This document shows positions 1 through 9,902 of a stretch of 64,000 nucleotides of DNA, piece by piece (position 1 is the stretch's first letter; every line of letters starts with the position of its first letter). Under the pieces are notes generated by a model, which had not been told where the DNA came from, did no database searches, and saw only the letters and a program-made list of their open reading frames with translations. Origin of the DNA: an uncultured Poribacteria bacterium (GTDB lineage Bacteria; Poribacteria; WGA-4E; WGA-3G); the NCBI GenBank assembly GCA_951813565.1, contig OX638351.1, positions 3,565,506 to 3,629,505 on the forward strand, written 5' to 3'. The translations under genes and the position numbers were made by a program.

Positions 1-1
1 G

Positions 2-439
2 GTGCCAAATACTGGCATGGCTGTAACAACCGATGTCAGTAACATTAGGAATATTCATCCGAGAAATAAACAAGCGGTCGGGTTAAGGCTTGCTTTGTGG
101 GCACTCGCAAAAACTTACGGTAAAGATGATCTTGCCTATTCCGGGCCGCTATACAAATCGATGGCGGTTGAGGGAAGTACTATCCGAATCAGTTTTGATC
201 ATGTTGGTAATGGCTTGATGTCACGAGATGATCAACCACTTACATGGTTTCAAATTGCAGGAGAAGATAAGGAATTTGTTGAAGCGGTTGCAGTAGTTGA
301 TGGCGATACGGTGGTTGTATCAAATGATGCAGTTCAGTCGCCTGTTGCGGTGAGATTCGGTTGGCATCAAAATGCGGAACCAAACCTTGCGAATAAAGAA
401 GGATTGCCCGCATCACCGTTCCGTACCGACTCGTGGTAG
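2..439 (+). CDS. SASA/DUF303-type carbohydrate (sialate-like) O-acetylesterase, C-terminal fragment cut by window start; paralog copy 1
   Basis: About 85% aa identity to the C-terminal 145 aa of the two downstream full-length copies. Shares the same C-terminal ...PFRTDSW end. Confidence 0.6.
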   Translation: MPNTGMAVTTDVSNIRNIHPRNKQAVGLRLALWALAKTYGKDDLAYSGPLYKSMAVEGSTIRISFDHVGNGLMSRDDQPLTWFQIAGEDKEFVEAVAVVDGDTVVVSNDAVQSPVAVRFGWHQNAEPNLANKEGLPASPFRTDSW

Positions 440-580
440 GAAATAGGCAGAACAGAGCTTCACTGAGACCATATTTCAATTGAAGCCAGTTTTCAGGTAT
501 GACTTAAGGTATACCTCCTCTATAATCATGATCAACAACCTTAATCTGGTTAACATCTTATTTTACAAAAGGAAACTTTT

Positions 581-2119
581 ATGAAATTACTAATCGTGTT
601 TATCAGTTCTGTACTATTCTTCCCACATCTAAATGCGTTTGCAGATGTAAAACTGCCGCGTATATTCGGGGACAACATGGTATTACAACGAGATATGCCT
701 ACCCCGATTTGGGGATGGGCATCTGCAGACGAAGAAATCTCTATTACCCTTAACAAACAGGATGACAAAGCCAATGTTGTTCACTCTGAAACAGTCAAAG
801 CTGATGAGAAAGGCAATTGGCAAGTTAAGTTGCCTGCCACAGCAGTAGGCGGCCCGTATACACTAAAGGTTGTTGGTAGCAACACCGTTGAACTTACAAA
901 TATCCTTTTTGGCGAAGTATGGGTTTGTTCTGGACAGTCGAATATGGCGTGGTCTGTCAACACCTCAAATAACAGAGATGCGGAGATTGCAGCAGCAGAT
1001 TATCCGAATATCCGTTTGTTTCATATACCGAAGGTATCCTCCGGACTACCTGTGCCTGATGTTAATGCACAATGGCATCCGACGACTCCAGATAGCGTAA
1101 GACATTTCTCGGCTGTTGCATATTTTTTTGGCAGGCATATACACAAAGAACTTGATGTGCCAATAGGTTTAATCAACACATCCTGGGGAGGCACACGCAT
1201 TGAGGCGTGGACTGCACCTGAAGGATTCAATGCGGTACCAGCTCTCTCAGCAATTTCTGAAGAAATCCGCGATATAAATAAAAACTATCGCATGCAGCTC
1301 CCGAAAAAAATCAAGGAAATTGAAGACTGGATAGCAGAGGCAAGTGAAGCATTGGAAAACGACAGAATTATTTTTCAGATGCCTGAAAATTTTCACCCAT
1401 TGACACCTCAAGGTAGACCAACGGCACTCTATAACAACATGATATATCCCATCGTTCCATTTGCCATCCGTGGCGCGCTTTGGTATCAAGGGGAATCAAA
1501 CATGCGCGAAGGGATGATGTATCATGAGAAAATGAAAGCGCTCATACATGGTTGGCGCGAAGTGTGGGGACAAGGTGACTTTCCGTTTTATTTTGTACAG
1601 TTGGCACCGTGGGGAGGCTATGATAGGAATGATCCAACCCATCTTCCAAAAATCTGGGAAGCGCAAACTGCCACACTATCAGTCCTAAATACTGGCATGA
1701 TAGTAACAACCGACATTGGCAACGTCAGAGATATTCATCCACGAAATAAGCAGGACGTTGGTTTGCGGCTTGCCTATTGGGCACTCGCGAAAACGTATGG
1801 AAAAGACGATCTTGTTTATTCTGGACCACTGTATAAATCCATGGAGGTTGAAGGTAGCACAATCCGCATCAGTTTTGATTATGTAGGTAGTGGTTTGATG
1901 TCACGAGATGGTGAACCGCTAACGTGGTTCCAAATCGCGGGTGAAGATAAGCAATTTGTTGAAGCGGTTGCAGTAGTTGATGGCGATACGGTGGTTGTAT
2001 CAAGCGATTCGGTTGAGTCACCTATTGCTGTGCGATTAGGTTGGGACCAAACTGCGGAGCCGAATCTGATGAATAAGGAAGGATTACCCGTTTCTCCGTT
2101 CCGTACCGATTCGTGGTAG
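581..2119 (+). CDS. SASA/DUF303-family carbohydrate O-acetylesterase (SGNH-like), secreted; paralog copy 2
   Basis: 512 aa with an N-terminal signal peptide (MKLLIVFISSVLFFPHLNAFA). Carries the GQSNM catalytic-serine block typical of sialate O-acetylesterase/CE-family esterases. An AAGGAAA Shine-Dalgarno site sits upstream. Confidence 0.7.
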   Translation: MKLLIVFISSVLFFPHLNAFADVKLPRIFGDNMVLQRDMPTPIWGWASADEEISITLNKQDDKANVVHSETVKADEKGNWQVKLPATAVGGPYTLKVVGSNTVELTNILFGEVWVCSGQSNMAWSVNTSNNRDAEIAAADYPNIRLFHIPKVSSGLPVPDVNAQWHPTTPDSVRHFSAVAYFFGRHIHKELDVPIGLINTSWGGTRIEAWTAPEGFNAVPALSAISEEIRDINKNYRMQLPKKIKEIEDWIAEASEALENDRIIFQMPENFHPLTPQGRPTALYNNMIYPIVPFAIRGALWYQGESNMREGMMYHEKMKALIHGWREVWGQGDFPFYFVQLAPWGGYDRNDPTHLPKIWEAQTATLSVLNTGMIVTTDIGNVRDIHPRNKQDVGLRLAYWALAKTYGKDDLVYSGPLYKSMEVEGSTIRISFDYVGSGLMSRDGEPLTWFQIAGEDKQFVEAVAVVDGDTVVVSSDSVESPIAVRLGWDQTAEPNLMNKEGLPVSPFRTDSW

Positions 2120-2282
2120 GAAATAGGCAGAGCAGAGTTTCACTGAGACCATATTCCAATTGAAGACAGTTGTCGGGTGCGATCCTAAGACAACTAAGCG
2201 TTGAATTCACATTTTCAACACCGAATGCGTATATGGCATTCGGTGATTAGGAATCGCACCAACGAGATGTTACTATCTACAG

Positions 2283-2606
2283 TAACGTGAGTTTGATAAT
2301 TGTATATTTAACATAAGTTGGGCTTAATGACTTAGAGGAATTCAACATAACATTTCCCGTCTATCCAGATTTTATGACACCAAATCCAGCACTCCAGAGG
2401 AGTGCTATGTCTATAGAAAATAGGGTAGCCAAGTTCTTGCACTCCGTAGGAGTGCTATGTGTTGAAACCACATACCGCACCCGCCAAATGCCAAAAAGCG
2501 CATTTGGCGTTGATTCACGGAGCAGGGTATTGTTCTGGTTTCTGTGATTAGATGGACATAAGTGAAGACAATATCCAATCCGGATTCTTTTAGCAAACTC
2601 ACGTTA
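2283..2606. mobile_element. MITE-like element bounded by about 17-bp terminal inverted repeats (core TAACGTGAGTTTG), carrying internal palindromes
   Basis: Left TIR acagtaacgtgagtttg at 2277-2295. Its reverse complement lies at 2594-2612. Cargo palindromes gcactccNNNggagtgc (x2) and ccaaatgc...gcatttgg. Absent from the paralogous spacer at 440-580. Confidence 0.55.
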
Positions 2607-2688
2607 CTGTAAGGTATACTTCTTCTATAAATCACTATAAACAACCTTTAATTTCTGTTAACATCTTATTTTAGAAAAGGAAACTTTT

Positions 2689-4218
2689 ATGAAATTACTT
2701 ATCGTGGTTATGAGTTCTGTACTATTCTTCTCATATCTAAATGTGTTTGCTGAGGTAAAACTACCCAACGTTTTCAGTAGTAACATGGTTTTACAAAGAG
2801 ATATGCCTGCTCCGGTTTGGGGTTGGGCAGCAACTGGCGAAGAAATTACTGTTTCCCTTAGCAACCAGAACACTGAAACTATTTACACCGATACAGTGAA
2901 AGCTGATGAAAAAGGAAATTGGCGGGTAGTGCTTCCAGCCACACCAGCAGGAGGTCCATATACACTCAGTGTTGTTGGCAGTAATACCTTTGAACTTACA
3001 AATATCCTTTTTGGTGAAGTGTGGGTTTGCTCAGGACAGTCGAACATGGAATGGACAGTTAATGCATCAAATAACAGAGATGCAGAGATTGCTGCAGCAA
3101 ACTATCCAATGATCCGTTTATTCCATATACCAAAGGAAACTTCAGGCGTGCCTGTCTTAGATGTAAACGCGCAATGGCGTCCGACCACTCCTGAGACCGT
3201 CATGCATTTCTCTGCTGTGGCATACTATTTTGGCAGACATCTTCACAAAGAACTTGATGTACCGATAGGGTTGATTAACACTTCTTGGGGTGGAAGTCGT
3301 ATTGAACCGTGGACACCTCCTGAAGGATTCGCTTCTGTTCCGGCACTTACCTCAATATCTGAAGAGATTCAGGATATTAATAAAGACTTTCGGATGCAGC
3401 TTCCGGAAAAGATACAAGAGATTGAAACTTGGATCACAGAGACCCGGGAAGCATTGGAAAACAGCGATACTATCTTTGAGATGCCTCAGGTTGTCCATCC
3501 CTTGAGTAATGGCGGAAGACCGACAGCAATGTACAACAACATGATATATCCAATTGTGCCTTTTGCAATTCGTGGCGCGCTCTGGTATCAAGGTGAATCA
3601 AACATGGGTGAAGGCATGATGTACCATGAAAAGATGAAGGCACTTATCAAGGGATGGCGTCAGGTCTGGGAACAAGGTGATTTTCCATTCTATTTCGTCC
3701 AACTTGCACCTTTTAACTATGGCGGAGATGATACGGCACGTCTTGCAAGGTTGTGGGAAGCACAAACAGCCACTTTAGCATTACCGAATACCGGCATGGT
3801 GGTAACAACCGACATTGGGAATATTAGAGATATCCATCCCCGAAATAAGCAAGATGTTGGTTTGCGACTTGCATTGTGGGCACTCGCGAAAACCTATGGG
3901 AAAGACGATCTTGTCTATTCTGGACCACTGTATAAATCTATGGAGGTTGAAGGCAGTACAATCCGTATCAATTTTGACCATGTGGGTAGTGGTTTGATGT
4001 CACGGGATGAACAACCGCTAACGTGGTTTCAAATTGCAGGAAAAGATAAGCAGTTCGTAGAAGCGGTTGCAGAAGTTGATGGCGATACGGTGGTTGTATC
4101 AAGCGATTCGGTTGAGTCGCCTACAGCAGTCCGATTCGGTTGGCATCAAGCTGCAGAGCCGAATCTTATGAACAAAGAGGGTTTGCCCGCTTCGTCTTTC
4201 CGTACCGATTCGTGGTAA
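2689..4218 (+). CDS. SASA/DUF303-family carbohydrate O-acetylesterase, secreted; paralog copy 3
   Basis: 509 aa, about 75-80% identical to 581..2119. Same signal peptide, GQSNM motif, and conserved leader and Shine-Dalgarno site. Confidence 0.7.
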   Translation: MKLLIVVMSSVLFFSYLNVFAEVKLPNVFSSNMVLQRDMPAPVWGWAATGEEITVSLSNQNTETIYTDTVKADEKGNWRVVLPATPAGGPYTLSVVGSNTFELTNILFGEVWVCSGQSNMEWTVNASNNRDAEIAAANYPMIRLFHIPKETSGVPVLDVNAQWRPTTPETVMHFSAVAYYFGRHLHKELDVPIGLINTSWGGSRIEPWTPPEGFASVPALTSISEEIQDINKDFRMQLPEKIQEIETWITETREALENSDTIFEMPQVVHPLSNGGRPTAMYNNMIYPIVPFAIRGALWYQGESNMGEGMMYHEKMKALIKGWRQVWEQGDFPFYFVQLAPFNYGGDDTARLARLWEAQTATLALPNTGMVVTTDIGNIRDIHPRNKQDVGLRLALWALAKTYGKDDLVYSGPLYKSMEVEGSTIRINFDHVGSGLMSRDEQPLTWFQIAGKDKQFVEAVAEVDGDTVVVSSDSVESPTAVRFGWHQAAEPNLMNKEGLPASSFRTDSW

Positions 4219-4278
4219 AGGTTATTCTACACAACTTGGTAGGCGCGGTTTCAGACCACGCCTACAATAGTGATGTGC

Positions 4279-5217
4279 TTACTTTTTTATCTGTCCCCAC
4301 TGCGTTGCCATCTTTCCTGCAGGGGTAACAGATAAGGTGCGATTTAACCAATTTGGTTCGCCATCATAACCCGCCTGATTGGTGAGATTTATGATTTCAT
4401 GAGTGGCAATATTATATTTGTAGATTTCAGCATCGCCACCCCAACGTTGCTGTGAAGCTGAGAATACAAATTCTTTGCTATTCGGTGACCAGCCTGTTAT
4501 AAAACTTATTGACCATTCTTCAGGAATAGTCAGTTTCAGTTGATCGAAACCGTCCACGCTAACGATAACTAATCGGTTCTTCATCCCAAAGATAACATCC
4601 AGTATAAAGAGTGGATTTTTCGGAACTTATCTCATGATATAGAATGTATTTTCCATCCGGTGACCAACGTGGACGATTCTTCTGAATATTAGGCTTTTGT
4701 GGTGTGAGCGGTTTTGCTTTCTTGGTTTTAACATCCATGATGTAAATTGATTGCCCCCGGCGGCGCGCACTCTGTTCATAAGCAATATATTTCCCATCGG
4801 GTGACCAACTTGGGTCATTTGCAGAACCGTCAATACCTTTCTTCCATTACGGTTGCTCGTGAATGCGATACGTCGTCCATCTGGCGCCCATGACGCACCA
4901 CCGTCTCTTGCAGGATGCTTGGTTAGATTCCGTTGATTGTTACCATCGGCATCCATGATGAAAATGTCAAACTGTTTGTTTCTAATGTCGGCATCTATAT
5001 CTCTTGTAAAAGCAATTTGTTTTCCGTCCGGCGACCAGACAGGATTTTTTTCAAAAAACTGGTTATCTGTCAGTCTCTGGACACGGCTTCCGTCGTCGTT
5101 CATCACATAGATTTCACGAGTGTCGTCACGGGAAGATGTGAAGACGATCTTTGCTTGCGCGAATGTTGAAGTGAGCAGAATGAGAACTACTGTTATCCAT
5201 AGTATCTGTCTTAACAT
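4279..5217 (-). pseudogene. TolB-like periplasmic PD40 beta-propeller protein, disrupted by at least two frameshifts
   Basis: PD40 repeats (WSPDGKQIAF, WAPDGRRIAF, WSPDGKYIAY) continue across three reading frames. Frame switches lie near 4840 and 4575. The N-terminal signal peptide is intact. Confidence 0.55.
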
Positions 5218-5248
5218 GGAAAATTTTCTCCTTTAGGTTGTAAGGTGG

Positions 5249-6187
5249 CTATGCTGCCAATGCAGCAAATATTGCCTTAATATAACCAACAGAATACGCC
5301 AATCCTACATTACCCTCTAACCTCGGAATATGGTCGGCATTGATACATCCATCAAATCCAACCTTTTGTAGTTCACGCACAATCTTGAACATATTCATAT
5401 CACCATCGTCAAGGAGCGTCTCCTCAAATGCGCCTGCTGTTGCAAGACTACCACGTACATTCCGTAGGTGAACCATAAAGATACGCCCTTTGCGTCCGTA
5501 ATTGTTAATCTCATCAAGCACAATGGCGCTTCCCCCTGCTTCAGCACGGGTTCCGCAACAGTAAAGATAACCGACATTCCTGCTTGGGAAGGCATCAATC
5601 ACGCGATGAAAGCCGAGACTACCGAGAGGTGTATCTGGATTTGGCACATCCGAAGGATGAATGGCAAGTTTAATACCGTATTCATCAGCAATAGGCACCA
5701 ACGCGCGATAGACCTCGCAGAACCGTTTCCACCATTCTTCAAGTTCTTCCATTGTCGGCGTGGGAGGTGGGTCTTGTGTTGCTGCACGGCTTTCTCCGCG
5801 CGAAATATAACCACCACGATGCACTGCAGAATAACGCGTCATCAAATAGTCGAAAGTATCACCCCAGAACCGTTGGCGTGCGATAGGTGCACCCGCTTCG
5901 GCAAATACTTTGAGAGCGTTGCACGTATTTTCTAATTCTTTTTCGCCATCGGGGTGCCCTTTCATAAACTTTTCAGTAATGTTCGGAAGCGTCACCCGAT
6001 TGATATCCAAGCCGTAAGAACGAATCAACTTTTTCATTTTCAGCAGTTCGTCTAAATCGGGGTAACCTTGTTCGCTAACACCCGGGAAAGAACCACCGTT
6101 CCCAAAATCGATACAGTCAGCACCGAGTTGTGTAATCTGTTTCAGATAGGTCTCTGAAAGTCCACCGTCCCATACAGATATTTTCAT
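5249..6187 (-). CDS. uxuA: D-mannonate dehydratase
   Basis: Blocks colinear with E. coli UxuA (KLAIHPSDVP vs RMAVHPDDPP; IFMVHLRNV vs IYFTHLRST; C-terminal DHIP vs DHGH). The longer ORF reaching 6232 overlaps the upstream gene. The internal start at MKISVWDG matches the UxuA N-terminus. Confidence 0.6.
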   Translation of the reverse strand: MKISVWDGGLSETYLKQITQLGADCIDFGNGGSFPGVSEQGYPDLDELLKMKKLIRSYGLDINRVTLPNITEKFMKGHPDGEKELENTCNALKVFAEAGAPIARQRFWGDTFDYLMTRYSAVHRGGYISRGESRAATQDPPPTPTMEELEEWWKRFCEVYRALVPIADEYGIKLAIHPSDVPNPDTPLGSLGFHRVIDAFPSRNVGYLYCCGTRAEAGGSAIVLDEINNYGRKGRIFMVHLRNVRGSLATAGAFEETLLDDGDMNMFKIVRELQKVGFDGCINADHIPRLEGNVGLAYSVGYIKAIFAALAA

Positions 6188-6197
6188 TCTTTTTCCT

Positions 6198-7202
6198 CTA
6201 TAACGGTAATGCGACAGGTTGTCCAATTTCAACAGATTGATACGCTGCTAAGGCAATTTCAACTGCAGCGCGCCCATCAGCACCGGTAATTAGCGGTGGT
6301 GTGTCATTTCGAATTGCTTCTACAAAAACGCGAATCTCTTGTTGGACAGGAGGTGGCACCTGAATATCGCTAATCTTGATGCTTCTGCCTTTACCTTCAA
6401 AGGGTTTTATCTGGATTGCGGCATCGCCACCCCAGATTTGCGGGAAGTAAATAGTGCCTTTTTCGCAATCTACTCGTCCACCATACCCGCCAACTGCGGC
6501 AGCATGGCTGGAATGTAGCAACCCAACAGCACCGTTCTTAAAGTTTAAAGATGCAAGTACTACATCTGGATAGTCTGTATGTTCATGTACATATTGTCCA
6601 CCAACGCCGTACACCCTTGAGACATCCCCACAGGTCCATCTCATAAAGTCAACCTCATGAGCATTTATCTCCATGAGACTGCCTCCAGATTTTGCACGTT
6701 CCAAACGCCAAGGAACACGATTTCCGCCTGACCAAGGGCCACCGATACGATGCACCATCATGTTGACTGGTGGTCCCAATTCACCGCTATGGACAATCTC
6801 ACGGACTTTAGAATGCGTGGCATGGTAGCGACAAACCAAACCGATTGTGAGTTTGATCCCGTTTTCAGAAGCAGCATTGATCATCGCATCGCAGTCTTCC
6901 AATGTCGGTGCCATCGGTTTTTCGGAGAAAACATGTTTACCCGCATTCGCAGCATCAACTGCCATCTGCGCATGTAGGAACGGAGGTGAAGCAATTAGTA
7001 CTGCCTGAATGTTATCATTAGCGAGCAGTTCATGATAATCAGTTGTGTAGTTTGTGTTGAGGTTATTTGCGAGAGTTTTTGCCAATTCCTCTTGTAGGTC
7101 ACTGACGCAGATAATCTCTATACCTTCAACAGCGTGTGCACCATTCGCAAGACTTCTGCCCATACCGCCGCATCCAATAACGCCAATTCCGATTGATTCC
7201 AT
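6198..7202 (-). CDS. Gfo/Idh/MocA family NAD(P)-dependent oxidoreductase
   Basis: N-terminal Rossmann motif IGIGVIGCGGMGRS. Architecture typical of the family. Confidence 0.7.
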   Translation of the reverse strand: MESIGIGVIGCGGMGRSLANGAHAVEGIEIICVSDLQEELAKTLANNLNTNYTTDYHELLANDNIQAVLIASPPFLHAQMAVDAANAGKHVFSEKPMAPTLEDCDAMINAASENGIKLTIGLVCRYHATHSKVREIVHSGELGPPVNMMVHRIGGPWSGGNRVPWRLERAKSGGSLMEINAHEVDFMRWTCGDVSRVYGVGGQYVHEHTDYPDVVLASLNFKNGAVGLLHSSHAAAVGGYGGRVDCEKGTIYFPQIWGGDAAIQIKPFEGKGRSIKISDIQVPPPVQQEIRVFVEAIRNDTPPLITGADGRAAVEIALAAYQSVEIGQPVALPL

Positions 7203-7259
7203 TTGTTGTTTCTCTCTCCAATGTATGTGGGTTACGGCACACGGAGCGTGCCAACTACT

Positions 7260-8093
7260 TTATCTTCGTCTCGCTTTGATTTGTCCCCATGTGACGCTCA
7301 GATGATTTGAAGTAGGACTAACATCAAGTCCTTCAGCCTTCATGTTTGTCTGGACTTCTGCTGCGGTTAGTGCACGCTCATAAATACGGAATTCATCTAT
7401 ATAGCCTTGTATCGTATCACAGTTACATCCATCTGATCTATCTCCGATTCCTAACTTAAGTCCACCTTTTGCGATTTTGCCACCAGCTACTGTATGCTTT
7501 ATGGCAAGTTTTCCATTCACATAGTAGTTAACATTGGAACCATCATAAGTGCCAACAAGATGAAGCCATTCTTCAAGCGGAATATCTTCCTGAATGAGAT
7601 GTTCTCCAGCCTGTGTTGCTTTGTCTATTGCTTTGACAAAAAAACCGTGACGATTGTCATCATCATCGTAATACAACGTTATAACTTTACTGTTAGTAGG
7701 TTGGTCATCAAGTGAAATAATCCGATTCCAACTATCGTCTAAAGCATTAATTTTGACCCAACACTCCAATGATATCTCTTCCCAATCACGATCAATTTTA
7801 GGTGGATCTGAATCTTCAACAAGGAAATAATCTACAGCACCGTCCAATAGGACGCATTCACCGACTTTACAATCGGCAGCGGGGGCAAGTTCAGGATCAC
7901 CTTTGACCATAGCGGCAAGTCCGGAGAATATATCGTCAGCCTGTTTTGCAATTTGCACTGTGTCTTTATCAAATGACCAATAGGCTACCAGACCGTCTTC
8001 TACTGCGCCAACGATGGCATCGGTGGGATGTGTCAAGACTATGAGGAACAGAAAAAGGATTGAAATTGTGAAAGATAATCTTATATTTTGCAT
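7260..8093 (-). CDS. Secreted LamG-like (concanavalin A-like lectin, Laminin_G_3) protein
   Basis: Signal peptide. LamG_3-type blocks (YWSFD..., LECWVKIN..., YYVNGKL). The C-terminus ends ...LSVTWGQIKARRR. Confidence 0.55.
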   Translation of the reverse strand: MQNIRLSFTISILFLFLIVLTHPTDAIVGAVEDGLVAYWSFDKDTVQIAKQADDIFSGLAAMVKGDPELAPAADCKVGECVLLDGAVDYFLVEDSDPPKIDRDWEEISLECWVKINALDDSWNRIISLDDQPTNSKVITLYYDDDDNRHGFFVKAIDKATQAGEHLIQEDIPLEEWLHLVGTYDGSNVNYYVNGKLAIKHTVAGGKIAKGGLKLGIGDRSDGCNCDTIQGYIDEFRIYERALTAAEVQTNMKAEGLDVSPTSNHLSVTWGQIKARRR

Positions 8094-8421
8094 TGTGATG
8101 TCTCCTTTGATGAGTTAACGATTGCTACGTTTATACTTTCTGGAAACTTACCTGATATTCAAAATATTACAAAATGTGCCTGCTCCGTGAAGACATATTT
8201 TGTCTGCAGTGGAGCAGGCTTGAACATGTATTGTACAAAACTCTGGTGAAACCCACCTAATACTTTGTTAAGTACTAATTGATAGGTCTTGAAAGTAGTC
8301 GGGAATAGGAGTTCCCTCCTACAAAGAAAGTGTTCTGTAGGAGCGATCTCCGAATCGCGACGGACAATAATATGTTGACGAAGCACTACGCTAATTTTGA
8401 TGATTTTTGTAAAACTGGATT

Positions 8422-9813
8422 CTAAAATACATCACGCATAGCGCGGCGGCGTTCATCGGCAAGTTCGCGGACTCTTTCTTCGTCAGACCGCTCGTCAAGC
8501 TGCTCAGCAACGATAGGACGATATTGTGCTGCTTCACTTCTACGTTTAAAGAGGCGGAAATAGTCAAATCTTGTCAAAGTGGGCGGTATATTTCCGGGAC
8601 AGAGCGAGTGTAATCCGACTTGTACGCGAGGTCCCATCGCAACACGAGTAACTCCCACACCTTTCCAATGGATTCCATCTTGACTGGCATAAGCGGTGAA
8701 TTGATTGCCACGCCGTTCAAGACGTAGAAACAACTCACGGACATTTCGCATTCCACCGCGTGCAACGAGACCAAACCGACGGTTGACATGCCGTTCAAAC
8801 CGTACATCCCCTCTGAATGCGTGCGGTCCTGACGTTTTTTCCAGACGGAGGAACTGGTTTTCATTTTTCCAAACAAGTAAACCACCGTGTTCTCTAAGTT
8901 GCGGTGATATACGCATGCGGGTTTCAATTGCAAAATCCTCAGTAACTTCCATCAGGAGCCGAGGAGCATCCATATCCCCATCTCTCCCGTTCGGACCGTG
9001 CCACAAGTCTTGTCCGGGGTCTGTTCGCATTTCAAGGTAACCTTGACGTTCAGTCCATGAGCCGCCACCTTGCGGGTCTATCCATCGCCATTCGGGCCGC
9101 ATATCGTTTCCGATAAATTCATCATCAAATACCATCTCAGTGAATTCACCAGATGATGCCCACCCTTCAATTTTTATAGCGGAGATAGAATCACCGAAAC
9201 TTTGCGGCAGCAGATGTAAGTTTGGCAGTTCTTTTTTGAATTCCGATGGTTCCATACGGATTTGTAACTTTGCCCCTTCAAATTCGGGGTGTTCATAAAA
9301 GATAACTTCTGCACCATCAGGTGGAAAATCAGGCCCTTTGAACATGCGGATAGACGAAATTCTGTCCTCAAACCATGTGCCGCCCTGCGGGTCTCGCAGG
9401 TTCGCAATATCTCTTAAGATCGTAATTTTCTTGCCTTTAAATTCCACATGCTCATAACAATCAACAATCATCGGTATCGTGCCCCACTCTGGACCGACTA
9501 CATCTATGGTGGAACCGAAGTTTATTGAAGAAATTCTGTCAGCGAAGTTGAATGCTACATCATGTATATTCGGATAAAATCCGGGGCCGAGCGCTAATTT
9601 CTTTCCTTTATAGTTGACATGCTGATAAAGGAGGGCCTTGTAGTTTGGACTACCCGAAAAATTTGGTCCTTTGTAAACTCGAAGGGAAGAGATATTGTCT
9701 TGAAATCCGATACGTCCCGTATGTGGAACCGGTTCTAACACGTATCCCATTCTACCACGAAAGTTTGTGTGTTGAAAGACTTCAACGATGAGGCGAGGTA
9801 TTACAACTGGCAT
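8422..9813 (-). CDS. Two-domain protein: N-terminal beta-gamma-crystallin repeats (4 Greek-key motifs) plus C-terminal ConA-like/DUF1349-like domain
   Basis: Four Y/FxxxxY/FxG motifs, each followed by a conserved Ser (FQHTNFRG, YQHVNYKG, YEHVEFKG, YEHPEFEG). A GGAG Shine-Dalgarno site lies 7 nt upstream of the ATG. No signal peptide. Confidence 0.5.
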   Translation of the reverse strand: MPVVIPRLIVEVFQHTNFRGRMGYVLEPVPHTGRIGFQDNISSLRVYKGPNFSGSPNYKALLYQHVNYKGKKLALGPGFYPNIHDVAFNFADRISSINFGSTIDVVGPEWGTIPMIVDCYEHVEFKGKKITILRDIANLRDPQGGTWFEDRISSIRMFKGPDFPPDGAEVIFYEHPEFEGAKLQIRMEPSEFKKELPNLHLLPQSFGDSISAIKIEGWASSGEFTEMVFDDEFIGNDMRPEWRWIDPQGGGSWTERQGYLEMRTDPGQDLWHGPNGRDGDMDAPRLLMEVTEDFAIETRMRISPQLREHGGLLVWKNENQFLRLEKTSGPHAFRGDVRFERHVNRRFGLVARGGMRNVRELFLRLERRGNQFTAYASQDGIHWKGVGVTRVAMGPRVQVGLHSLCPGNIPPTLTRFDYFRLFKRRSEAAQYRPIVAEQLDERSDEERVRELADERRRAMRDVF

Positions 9814-9902
9814 TTTTTTCTCCTATTGTTGGTATATGTTTATTGGTTTTTCTACTTTAGTTTTGTAGATCGGGTAGAGCAAAGCGAAACCCGACATGTC
9901 TC

